64,000 bases of DNA from the NCBI GenBank assembly GCA_036743455.1, contig DAINPM010000001.1, forward strand, positions 30,044 to 94,043. The letters are read 5' to 3'. This document shows, in pieces, positions 28,719-36,935 of this stretch. The DNA is from Bacteroidales bacterium. GTDB lineage: Bacteria; Bacteroidota; Bacteroidia; Bacteroidales; VadinHA17. The notes beneath the pieces are model-generated. The model was not told the origin of the DNA and searched no databases. It saw nothing but the letters and a program-made list of their open reading frames with translations. Numbering within the stretch: the stretch's first letter is position 1; each line of letters opens with the position of its first letter. A program made the translations under genes and the position numbers.

Positions 28719-28874
28719 ATGAAAAGGACATTTCAGCCATCGAGAAGAAAGAGAGCCAACAAACATGGTTTCAGAGAAAGGATGTCCACCCCTAACGGCA
28801 GGCGGGTACTTGGTTCACGCAGAACCAAAGGAAGAAAAAAACTCACAGTCTCTTCTGAGCTTAGAGTTAAATAA
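28719..28874 (+). CDS. rpmH: 50S ribosomal protein L34 (absent from the ORF track; 51 aa)
   Basis: My translation: [51 protein letters not shown]. This carries the near-universal L34 signature [10 protein letters not shown]...HGFR.RM.T..GR.VL..RR.KGRK.L. Confidence 0.95.
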   Translation: MKRTFQPSRRKRANKHGFRERMSTPNGRRVLGSRRTKGRKKLTVSSELRVK

Positions 28875-28899
28875 TATCCGAGGAAGGTTTAATAATATA

Positions 28900-28931
28900 G
28901 GGGTGCCCCATATAAAGGGCGCCTTTTTTTG
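28900..28931 (+). terminator. Rho-independent terminator after rpmH
   Basis: GGUGCCC pairs with GGGCGCC (one G-U pair), loop CAUAUAAA, followed by T8. Lies 26 nt after the rpmH stop. Confidence 0.7.
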
Positions 28932-28958
28932 TTAATTTTGGCCTCTACGAATGACAAT

Positions 28959-30059
28959 ATGAATATTTTACCCGATTATATCACCAATACAAATATTCGT
29001 AACATAGCTTCCGGAATTATCGAAGGATCAAGAATAACTACTGACGAGGCTATGACACTCTATTCAGAATGTGAATTGCCACTGTTGGGTATAATGGCCG
29101 GTATTATTAGGCGACGTATCAATAATAATTATGTGTGGTATAACAGAAATTTTCATCTGGAGCCAACTAATATCTGCATATATAACTGTAAGTTCTGCTC
29201 CTACAGGAGGCGATCGGGAGATCCTGATTCATGGGATTACAGTCATGATGAAATGATGGATATAGTCAGGAGTTTCGACAAGACTGACGTTACTGAAGTA
29301 CATATTGTCGGTGGCGTTCATCCTTCTCATGATATTTACTGGTATGGAGAACTGATACATAAAATAAAGCTTCACAGACCTTCTTTACACATAAAGGCTT
29401 ATTCGGCAGTGGAACTGGATTACATGATAAAAAAGTCAGGGCTGTCACTTGAAGAAGGCCTTATTTACCTTAAAAAATGTGGCCTCGATTCCATACCGGG
29501 CGGAGGTGCAGAAATATTTGACGAAAGTATCAGGGAAAAGATATGTCCTGAAAAAACCTCATCGGAACGGTGGCTTCACATCCACGAGATATCCCATAAA
29601 CTGGGAATAACATCTAATGCTACAATGCTTTACGGGCATCTGGAATCTTACTCTCACAGGATCGACCATATGACAAGGCTCCGTGATCTCCAGGATAAGA
29701 CAAAGGGATTTAATGCTTTTATCCCCCTTAAATACAAAAAATCCAATAACAAGATGGGATATCTCGGAGAAGTGAGTATAATGGAAGACCTTCGTAATTA
29801 TGCTGTATCAAGGATATTTCTTGACAATATACCTCACATAAAGGCATACTGGCCGATGACAGGAAAAGAGGTGGCTCAGCTCAGCCTTTTTTTCGGGACT
29901 GACGATCTGGACGGAACTATAGAAGATACTACCAGAATTTATTCCATGGCCGGAGCTGAAGACCAGAACCCTGCTATGTCAGCAGATGCTATCTGCAAAC
30001 TCATTGGTGACACAGGATATATACCCCTGGAAAGAGACTCCTTATACAGAAAAAGATAA
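28959..30059 (+). CDS. Radical SAM enzyme of the CofH/MqnC/MqnE (futalosine-pathway-type) family
   Basis: The track ORF starts at TTG 28929 inside the rpmH terminator; ATG 28959 is preferred. Radical SAM cluster motif NICIYNCKFCSY (CxxxCxxC). Downstream VHIVGGVHP, PGGGAEIF and NATMLYGH resemble the CofH/ThiH/Mqn subgroup. I cannot separate MqnC from MqnE by eye. Confidence 0.7.
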   Translation: MNILPDYITNTNIRNIASGIIEGSRITTDEAMTLYSECELPLLGIMAGIIRRRINNNYVWYNRNFHLEPTNICIYNCKFCSYRRRSGDPDSWDYSHDEMMDIVRSFDKTDVTEVHIVGGVHPSHDIYWYGELIHKIKLHRPSLHIKAYSAVELDYMIKKSGLSLEEGLIYLKKCGLDSIPGGGAEIFDESIREKICPEKTSSERWLHIHEISHKLGITSNATMLYGHLESYSHRIDHMTRLRDLQDKTKGFNAFIPLKYKKSNNKMGYLGEVSIMEDLRNYAVSRIFLDNIPHIKAYWPMTGKEVAQLSLFFGTDDLDGTIEDTTRIYSMAGAEDQNPAMSADAICKLIGDTGYIPLERDSLYRKR

Positions 30060-30071
30060 TAATTTTATCCA

Positions 30072-30079
30072 TACATTTG
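30072..30079 (+). promoter_or_regulatory. Candidate -7 promoter element (TACATTTG) for the PASTA-gene operon
   Basis: Exact TAnnTTTG match ending 28 nt before ATG 30108. Confidence 0.45.
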
Positions 30080-30107
30080 CGTTATCAATAATAGATTACA
30101 CAACTCC

Positions 30108-30965
30108 ATGAATCTGAAAAAATTCATTTTTAGTAAAATATTCCTGAAACATCTGGGACTGGCAATTGCACTTTTTACAGGTCTTATTTTACTAACTCTT
30201 TTATCTCTGAATATTTACACCCGTCATGGTCAGTCCAGGCCTGTTCCTGATTTTTTCGGACTTACTCTGGAACAAACAGACAGTCTGGCTCAGAAACATA
30301 AAATGAGATACCATATTATTGATTCGGTTTTTACTTCACTGGTTCCCCGTGGCTGCATCGCTGAACAAAACCCGAAACCAGGGTTCCGGGTAAAAAAATG
30401 GCGAAATATCTCTCTTACTATTAATGCCTTCAGACCGGAGATGGTCGCTATGCCTGACCTCGTCGATCTCCCCCTCAACCAGGCAATGGCTATGATCCAT
30501 AGCTCAGGCCTGCTAATGGGTGAACTAAGCTATAAACCTGACATATCGGTTAATATGGTTCTTAATCAGAAACATAACGGGAAAGATATTGCTGCTGGAG
30601 ACTCCATCCAGAAGGAATCTGTTATTGACCTTGTTCTGGGCAAAGGGTTAAGTAACCAGAGAACCCTGGTACCCGATCTTGTAGGAATGGATCTGGAATC
30701 AGCAAGAAACAATATATTAAGTTCTTCCCTGAACCTTGGAACATACATTTTTGACAATACAATAATTACTGCTGAAGACAGTGTTGATGCTTTCGTGTAC
30801 CGCCAGAACCCTGAATTCAATGAGGAGAATACCCTACAACTGGGGTCATCAATATACCTGTGGCTTACAGTAGATTCACTCAAATTACCTGTTGATTCAA
30901 CACTCCTGATGCTTTCTGACTCAATTCCCGTTCCGGTACCTGACGGATCCGTTACGGATAAATAA
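30108..30965 (+). CDS. Membrane-anchored stand-alone PASTA-domain protein (three PASTA repeats)
   Basis: N-terminal TM helix, then three repeats beginning VPDFFGLTLEQ, MPDLVDLPLNQA and VPDLVGMDLESA. No kinase or transpeptidase domain. Confidence 0.8.
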   Translation: MNLKKFIFSKIFLKHLGLAIALFTGLILLTLLSLNIYTRHGQSRPVPDFFGLTLEQTDSLAQKHKMRYHIIDSVFTSLVPRGCIAEQNPKPGFRVKKWRNISLTINAFRPEMVAMPDLVDLPLNQAMAMIHSSGLLMGELSYKPDISVNMVLNQKHNGKDIAAGDSIQKESVIDLVLGKGLSNQRTLVPDLVGMDLESARNNILSSSLNLGTYIFDNTIITAEDSVDAFVYRQNPEFNEENTLQLGSSIYLWLTVDSLKLPVDSTLLMLSDSIPVPVPDGSVTDK

Positions 30966-30970
30966 TCCGG

Positions 30971-32818
30971 ATGTATAAACAAACACTATTATATATAATA
31001 TTTATTCTATGCATTGTCAATAATGGATTGACCCAGGAAGTTATAACCGGACTTCCCTCAAATCCTCTACTGAAAAATGGTCCGCCTGTTTCTGACAGTA
31101 AATCGGGTTCTAAAAGCATTCTGGAACTTCCCTTTTTCGATGATTTTTCAGGGCAGAATATTTTCCCTGACAACGAAAAATGGACTGATAATTATGTCTT
31201 TATCAATGATACTTACACAGAAAAGCAAATAACCAAAGGGGTTGCCACTTTCGATGCACTTGATAATTACGGCCAACTGTATGAAGATGCATCCTATATA
31301 AGCAATATTGCCGACCATTTATCATCACAACCCATAAATCTTGACTATACCCCTGACGACAGTTTACGGCTCAGCTTTTTCTTTGAGCCAGGAGGAACAG
31401 GAGACATGCCGGAAGAAAGGGATAGTCTTACACTTCAGTTTTATGCTCCTGAAGAAGACAAATGGTACCCGGTATGGAAAACGAATAATATTGACATTGA
31501 GGGCTTCAGAGCTGTAAACATCAGAATAGATGACTCCCGGTTTCTTAAAAACGGATTCAGATTCAGGTTTGTTAATTATATCAGCCTCAGTGATTATCAG
31601 AATTATCCCTCTATGATAGGGAACTGTGATCAATGGAACATCGATTATGTAATACTTGATAAAAACCGCACTGACAAGGATACTCTGTTACCGGATGTAG
31701 CTTTCATATCACCCCTTCGTTCATTGCTCTCAACACATGAATCACTTCCCTGGAAACAATTTGAACATATTTCTCTTCAGGAAATGGGGGCGTTCATTCC
31801 TGTACAATATAAAAACTACGACAATATAGTAAGGAATGTTACCCGCAATTTCCAGATATGGGATGTGTATGAAAATACGCAGGTAAAACTATTTTCTGCC
31901 GGAGCTGTTAATATAGATCCTCTGGTTGATGAGAAGTATAATGCAGATCTGATATATACGTATTCTTCAGACAACAAGGATTCTGCTCTTTTCAGGGTTA
32001 AAAGCTGGCTTGTGACAGATGAATTTGATCCCAAACCAAATGACACTCTTGTCTATTATCAGGTTTTCAATGACTATTTTGCATTTGATGACGGATCATC
32101 TGAAGCAGGCTACGGTATAAACGGTCTTGGCTCAAATAATGCCATGGTTGCCTGCAGATTCAGATCGTATATACAGGATTCACTGCGGGCAGTCCGCATC
32201 TGTTTTAACGACAGTTATATGAATGCTAATCTAAGATCTTTTGACCTGATGGTATGGAATGATAATGGAGGTCTTCCCGGCGAAATACTCACATCAGTTG
32301 AAGAGTTGATGGTACAACAGGGTAATTCAATAAACGGCTATTATACATTTGTTCTCCCAAAACCTGTAATGGTTGAGGGATTATTTTATGTTGGCTGGAA
32401 ACAGCGTTCAGAAGCTTTTCTTAATGCAGGTTTCGATATTAACACTCCGCATCAGGGCCGACAAATGTATTGGATTAATGGAATTTGGCATGAATCAGGT
32501 CAGAATGGAAGTCTCATGATTCGGCCTGTGACAGGCCCTCCTTTGGCTACATCAGTAAACGACATACCTTTCCTCAGGACAGAACCACTGAGTTTCAGGC
32601 CGAATCCTGCAAGAGATTACATTATCTTCAATACCGAAAGGCTTCCTGTCGACGGGTTAACCTATGTTTCTTTTTTTGATCTCAGTGGGAAGGAGATAAT
32701 GAAAGTTCCTCTCAGCGAAACAATTGATATTTCATATCTCAACACTGGTGTATACATAATTGTTGCCAGCCGTCAGGGCCGTTATCTGGGTTACAATCGT
32801 CTTATAAAGATAAAATAA
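30971..32818 (+). CDS. T9SS cargo protein with type A C-terminal sorting domain; N-terminal region of unknown function
   Basis: Signal peptide. C-terminus PNPARDYIIFNTE...FFDLSGKEIMKV...LNTGVYIIVA...RLIKIK matches the Por secretion tail pattern. Confidence 0.8.
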   Translation: MYKQTLLYIIFILCIVNNGLTQEVITGLPSNPLLKNGPPVSDSKSGSKSILELPFFDDFSGQNIFPDNEKWTDNYVFINDTYTEKQITKGVATFDALDNYGQLYEDASYISNIADHLSSQPINLDYTPDDSLRLSFFFEPGGTGDMPEERDSLTLQFYAPEEDKWYPVWKTNNIDIEGFRAVNIRIDDSRFLKNGFRFRFVNYISLSDYQNYPSMIGNCDQWNIDYVILDKNRTDKDTLLPDVAFISPLRSLLSTHESLPWKQFEHISLQEMGAFIPVQYKNYDNIVRNVTRNFQIWDVYENTQVKLFSAGAVNIDPLVDEKYNADLIYTYSSDNKDSALFRVKSWLVTDEFDPKPNDTLVYYQVFNDYFAFDDGSSEAGYGINGLGSNNAMVACRFRSYIQDSLRAVRICFNDSYMNANLRSFDLMVWNDNGGLPGEILTSVEELMVQQGNSINGYYTFVLPKPVMVEGLFYVGWKQRSEAFLNAGFDINTPHQGRQMYWINGIWHESGQNGSLMIRPVTGPPLATSVNDIPFLRTEPLSFRPNPARDYIIFNTERLPVDGLTYVSFFDLSGKEIMKVPLSETIDISYLNTGVYIIVASRQGRYLGYNRLIKIK

Positions 32819-32827
32819 ATTGGCAGG

Positions 32828-33856
32828 ATGACTGAAGAAGAATTATCTGAACAACAGGAGTTGTATGAGCATTACCGCTTTGAGGTTGAGCCCGGACAGT
32901 CATCTTTCAGAATTGACAGATATTTGTTTTCACGTCTGGAAAATACTTCGCGTACAAGAGTACAGAATGCGGCAGAGGCAGGAAATATTCTTGTCAATTC
33001 AAAACAGGTAAAATCAAACTACAGGGTAAAACCGCATGATATAATACAGATAGTCCTTCCAAACCCTCCAAGAGAAATTGAACTTATCCCGGAGAATATT
33101 CCTTTAAATATTGTTTATGAAGACGATGATCTTATTGTTGTCAATAAGGAAGCGGGAATGGTTGTACACCCTGCTTACGGCAATTACAGGGGGACACTCG
33201 TCAATGCTTTGATGTGGCATTTTAAAGATATCCCTCTCTTCCTTTCCGGGAATATCAGACCGGGACTTGTTCACCGTATTGACAAAAACACTTCGGGTAT
33301 TCTTGTAATAGCCAAGACAGAACAGGCTCTGAATAATCTTTCAAGACAGTTTTACGAACGTTCTACTGACAGGAAATACACTGCATTAGTCTGGGGTGTA
33401 CCTGATCCTCCTGAAGGTATCATAAGCGGTCATGTAGGAAGGAATATCCGTGACAGAAAGATTATGCAGGTCTTCCCCGATGGCAGTCAGGGGAAAAGTG
33501 CTGTTTCTCATTACCGTGTTACAGAAAATCTGGGATATATATCTGTCGTGGAATGTAAGCTTGAAACAGGCCGCACTCACCAGATAAGGGTTCATTTCAG
33601 CTATATTAAGCATCCCCTTTTCAATGATTCTGAATATGGGGGAGATCAAATACTAAAGGGCACTACATTCAGTAAATATCAGCAATTTGTTAAAAATTGT
33701 TTTAAAATACTTCCCCGGCAGGCACTGCATGCCCGTTCTCTGGCTTTTAACCATCCCGTTTCAGGTGAAAGGTTGTTCTTTGATTCTGAACTACCCTGTG
33801 ATATGCAGCAGGTAATTGAAAAGTGGAGAACTTATTCGAGGGGAATAAAAAGTTAA
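32828..33856 (+). CDS. rluD: RluA-family 23S rRNA pseudouridine synthase (RluD-like)
   Basis: N-terminal S4-like domain (RIDRYL...), catalytic HRIDKNTSG, GRTHQIRVH. Confidence 0.9.
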   Translation: MTEEELSEQQELYEHYRFEVEPGQSSFRIDRYLFSRLENTSRTRVQNAAEAGNILVNSKQVKSNYRVKPHDIIQIVLPNPPREIELIPENIPLNIVYEDDDLIVVNKEAGMVVHPAYGNYRGTLVNALMWHFKDIPLFLSGNIRPGLVHRIDKNTSGILVIAKTEQALNNLSRQFYERSTDRKYTALVWGVPDPPEGIISGHVGRNIRDRKIMQVFPDGSQGKSAVSHYRVTENLGYISVVECKLETGRTHQIRVHFSYIKHPLFNDSEYGGDQILKGTTFSKYQQFVKNCFKILPRQALHARSLAFNHPVSGERLFFDSELPCDMQQVIEKWRTYSRGIKS

Positions 33857-33937
33857 ATAATAATCCTCTCCTTATTTTAAGCTTTTTATTCTACTGCGAT
33901 ATTTTTTCTGTCTTTTATCCCTGATTTATTTTGCGGA

Positions 33938-34741
33938 TTACCATGATCCGCTGGCTCCTCCTCCGCCAAAACTACCACCACCGAATCCACCGAATCCACC
34001 GCTTCCGCCTCCACCGGAGAAACCTCCCCAGCTACCACTATGAGAACCTCTGCCGGAATTCATCATTGAGAGCAACATCCATAAAGGAAGTCCTTTATCG
34101 CTTATATGTCTTTGGTTCTTCCCTCCATTGCTGCGAAAAAACAACATCATGACGATAAAAATTATAAATATTATTGCTGGCATAATGGAACTCATATCAT
34201 CATCAGCCTTTTTCCCATATTCATCTGCTGAAAATTCTCCGCTGGCGAGAGCCATTAGGGTTGAAGTAGCCTGTTCAAGGCCTTCATAATACTCTCCATT
34301 TCTAAATGCAGGCAATATTTCATAGTCAATTATCTGAGCGCAGGTAATATCAGGGATAGCCCCTTCAAGGCCATATCCCTGTTCAATAGCAACATACCCC
34401 GGAGAGTTTTCCGTCTTTGGTTTAACTAAGATAAGCATTCCGTTGTTTAGCTCCTGTTGTCCTATGCCCCAGCTTTGAGCCAGTCTCTGTGCATAGTCAG
34501 CCACATCATATCCCTGAAGATCTTCAACTGTAACAACAGCTATCTGCGTAGATGTTGAGTCATTGAAAGCAACAAGCTTATTTTCAAGAGCCTGAACATC
34601 TCTGGCATTTAACATACCTGCATAATCATTTACCAGTCTGGGAGGATAGGGCCTGGGCGGCAGATCCTGAGCTGTAATAACTCCCGAAAGAAAGAAAAGC
34701 AGAAAGACACGGAGCCATATACAATTTATTGCTCTTTTCAT
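33938..34741 (-). CDS. TPM-domain protein (YgcG-like): signal peptide, TPM domain, TM helix, Gly-rich tail
   Basis: VNDYAGMLN...TSTQIAVVTV...GMLILV TPM pattern. TM helix IMPAIIFIIFIVMMLFF. Tail GGFSGGGGSGGFGGFGGGSFGGGGASGSW. Start shares 1 nt with the upstream stop (TAATG). Confidence 0.8.
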   Translation of the reverse strand: MKRAINCIWLRVFLLFFLSGVITAQDLPPRPYPPRLVNDYAGMLNARDVQALENKLVAFNDSTSTQIAVVTVEDLQGYDVADYAQRLAQSWGIGQQELNNGMLILVKPKTENSPGYVAIEQGYGLEGAIPDITCAQIIDYEILPAFRNGEYYEGLEQATSTLMALASGEFSADEYGKKADDDMSSIMPAIIFIIFIVMMLFFRSNGGKNQRHISDKGLPLWMLLSMMNSGRGSHSGSWGGFSGGGGSGGFGGFGGGSFGGGGASGSW

Positions 34742-35199
34742 TATTCTACAGCCGTTTTGAAAGTGTCGTCGAATGTAATATCATCCGGCAGCTCATTAAT
34801 ATCATCTTTCTGCCTTGGGAAATATTCTTTCAGTTTTGTCCCAGTCATAAGGATCCCTTCAATAAGACCTTCGGTGAATTTATTTTCACTGAAGTTTTTC
34901 GCAAGAAGTTCTTTTATTTCATCCCAGAAACCTTCACTAACCCTGGCATTTATACCTGCATCTGCTATCACTGCAAATTCCCGTTTATTAAGAGCAAGGT
35001 AAAAAAGCACTCCATTTCTGTCATTTGTCTTGTGCATCCCGATCTTTCTAAAGATCCAGGCAGCTCTGTCAAGTACATCACCTGCCATATCTGTTTCAAT
35101 ATGAACTCTTACCTCTCCTGAAGTGTTTTCTTCAGCACTGATTATGGCATTCCTTATCAGTGCCTGTTGGTCCCTGGTAAAAAAAGTTGAAGCTTTCAT
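34741..35199 (-). CDS. TPM-domain protein (short, no signal peptide)
   Basis: AIISAEENTSGEVRVHIE...NGVLFYLALNKREFAVIADAGI pattern of TPM/TLP18.3-type domains. Confidence 0.8.
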   Translation of the reverse strand: MKASTFFTRDQQALIRNAIISAEENTSGEVRVHIETDMAGDVLDRAAWIFRKIGMHKTNDRNGVLFYLALNKREFAVIADAGINARVSEGFWDEIKELLAKNFSENKFTEGLIEGILMTGTKLKEYFPRQKDDINELPDDITFDDTFKTAVE

Positions 35200-35225
35200 T
35201 TAATCAGTCATCCATCACAGGTGTA

Positions 35226-35828
35226 TCAGAATTGTACCTGAGGAGCTGTTTCTGCTCCTTCCATTGATTCGAAATAAGGTCTCTCTTTAAATCCTTTCAT
35301 GCCGGCAATAATACTCTGTGGAAATTGCTTGATATAAGTATTGAATTCCCTGGCTTTCTCGTTGAAATTTCTTCTCTCTACAGATATTCTGTTCTCAGTT
35401 CCTTCCAGTTCAACCTGAAGATCTCTGAAATTCTGAGTTGCTTTTAGCTCCGGATATCTTTCCACTACAACCATTAGTCTGGACAGAGCAGAACTCACTT
35501 CACCCTGGGCAGCCTGGAATTCCTGCATATTTTCTGCTGTCATATTGGCCGGATCAAGCGTAACCTGAGTGGCTTTTGCCCTTGCTTCAATAACCTGGGT
35601 AAGAGTCTCCTGCTCAAAAGCAGCTGCTCCTTTGACAGTGTTTACAAAATTTGGGATAAGGTCAGCTCGCCTCTGATACTGAGTCTCAACATTACCCCAT
35701 TGACTGACAACACCCTGTTCCAGTTCAACAATATGGTTATACACTTTTATCCCCCATGAGATAAATCCGAAAGCAACAATAGCAACGACAGCTATTATTA
35801 TAATCCAGAGCAAACAACCTTTTTTCAT
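35226..35828 (-). CDS. lemA: LemA family membrane protein
   Basis: N-terminal TM helix, then YNHIVELEQGV...QYQRRADLIPN...ERYPELKATQNF...ENRISVERRNFN, characteristic of LemA. Confidence 0.9.
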   Translation of the reverse strand: MKKGCLLWIIIIAVVAIVAFGFISWGIKVYNHIVELEQGVVSQWGNVETQYQRRADLIPNFVNTVKGAAAFEQETLTQVIEARAKATQVTLDPANMTAENMQEFQAAQGEVSSALSRLMVVVERYPELKATQNFRDLQVELEGTENRISVERRNFNEKAREFNTYIKQFPQSIIAGMKGFKERPYFESMEGAETAPQVQF

Positions 35829-35961
35829 TTCTTTATTTATTTTAATTTCCCTAAAGTTAATTAATATCCGTTAAATTATATTCTTTTGTAAATTGTATAT
35901 TTTAGTTCTGTATTTACATATCATATCCACATAAATTTAATAAGAATATCACAAATCTTAT

Positions 35962-36933
35962 ATGAGAACTGTTGCTGTTGTTGTGGGAGGAGATTCTCCT
36001 GAATATAATGTGTCGGTAAAAAGTGGCACAGAAGTATGTCAATATCTGTCTTTACGTTATAATGTATATTTAATAATTATCCGGGGATCGGACTGGTATT
36101 TTGAAGATAATAAGGGCAGATATCACAAAATAGACAAGAATGATTTTTCACTGATCATTGACGACAGGCGTATCCGTTTTGATGCTGTTTTTATTGCTAT
36201 TCATGGTACTCCCGGAGAAAACGGAATGCTTCAGGGCTATTTTAATATGCTTGGAATACCATATACAGGTTGCAACATGTTCTGTTCAGCACTTACTTTT
36301 AATAAACAGGTCTGTAAATTTTTTCTGAAAGCCTATGACATACCGATGGCTGATTCAATAATTATCCGGAAAAATGAGAATCCGGATCTCACAGCTGTGA
36401 TACAACAACTGGGTATGCCATGTTTTGTTAAGCCCAATGACAGTGGTTCCAGTTTCGGGGTAACAAAAGTTAAGACAAATGCCGGACTCATTCCGGCTAT
36501 TGCCAATGCTTTCAATGAAAGTGATGAGGTAATGATAGAATCCTATATGAAAGGGATAGAAGTGGCGTGTGGAATTCTTAAGACACGGTCAGAAACTATT
36601 GTCTTACCTGTAACAGAAATAAAAAGTAAAAATGAGTTCTTCGACTATGAGGCAAAATACACACCCGGACGTTCAGACGAAATCACTCCGGCAGTAATAC
36701 CTGATAAATTATCTGACTCAATACAACAGCTGAGTAAGAGAATCTGTCATCTGCTTGACTGTAAAGGTATAGTTCGGATAGATTTTATCGTTGTTGATGA
36801 TCAGCCCTTATTCCTTGAGGTCAATACTGTCCCCGGAATGACAAAAGAGAGTATACTGCCCAAGCAAGTGCTTGCAGCAGGAATCTCTTTTGAGGATTTT
36901 TATTCAATGGCAGTGGAAGATCTGTTTGAATGA
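35962..36933 (+). CDS. ddl: D-alanine--D-alanine ligase
   Basis: ATP-grasp enzyme: FIAIHGTPGENG, PCFVKPNDSGSSFG, FLEVNTVPGMT (compare E. coli EVNTSPGMT). Confidence 0.9.
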   Translation: MRTVAVVVGGDSPEYNVSVKSGTEVCQYLSLRYNVYLIIIRGSDWYFEDNKGRYHKIDKNDFSLIIDDRRIRFDAVFIAIHGTPGENGMLQGYFNMLGIPYTGCNMFCSALTFNKQVCKFFLKAYDIPMADSIIIRKNENPDLTAVIQQLGMPCFVKPNDSGSSFGVTKVKTNAGLIPAIANAFNESDEVMIESYMKGIEVACGILKTRSETIVLPVTEIKSKNEFFDYEAKYTPGRSDEITPAVIPDKLSDSIQQLSKRICHLLDCKGIVRIDFIVVDDQPLFLEVNTVPGMTKESILPKQVLAAGISFEDFYSMAVEDLFE

Positions 36934-36935
36934 GT

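Noticed and set aside
33931-34152. His/Arg-rich plus-strand ORF (HRIHRIHRFRLHRR)
   Set aside because: It is the antisense reading of the GGC/GGT-rich sequence encoding the glycine-rich tail of the TPM protein, so it is an artefact of the low-complexity repeat.
28631-35930. DnaA-box-like 9-mers (TTATCCAGA at 28711, TTATCCCGA near 28633, TTATCCATA at 30065, ATATCCACA near 35921 and again near 56000) as a possible oriC near rsmG/rpmH
   Set aside because: All have at least one mismatch, they are scattered over many kb, and more than ten such 8/9 matches are expected by chance in 64 kb of AT-rich DNA. There is no clustered array and no adjacent AT-rich unwinding element.
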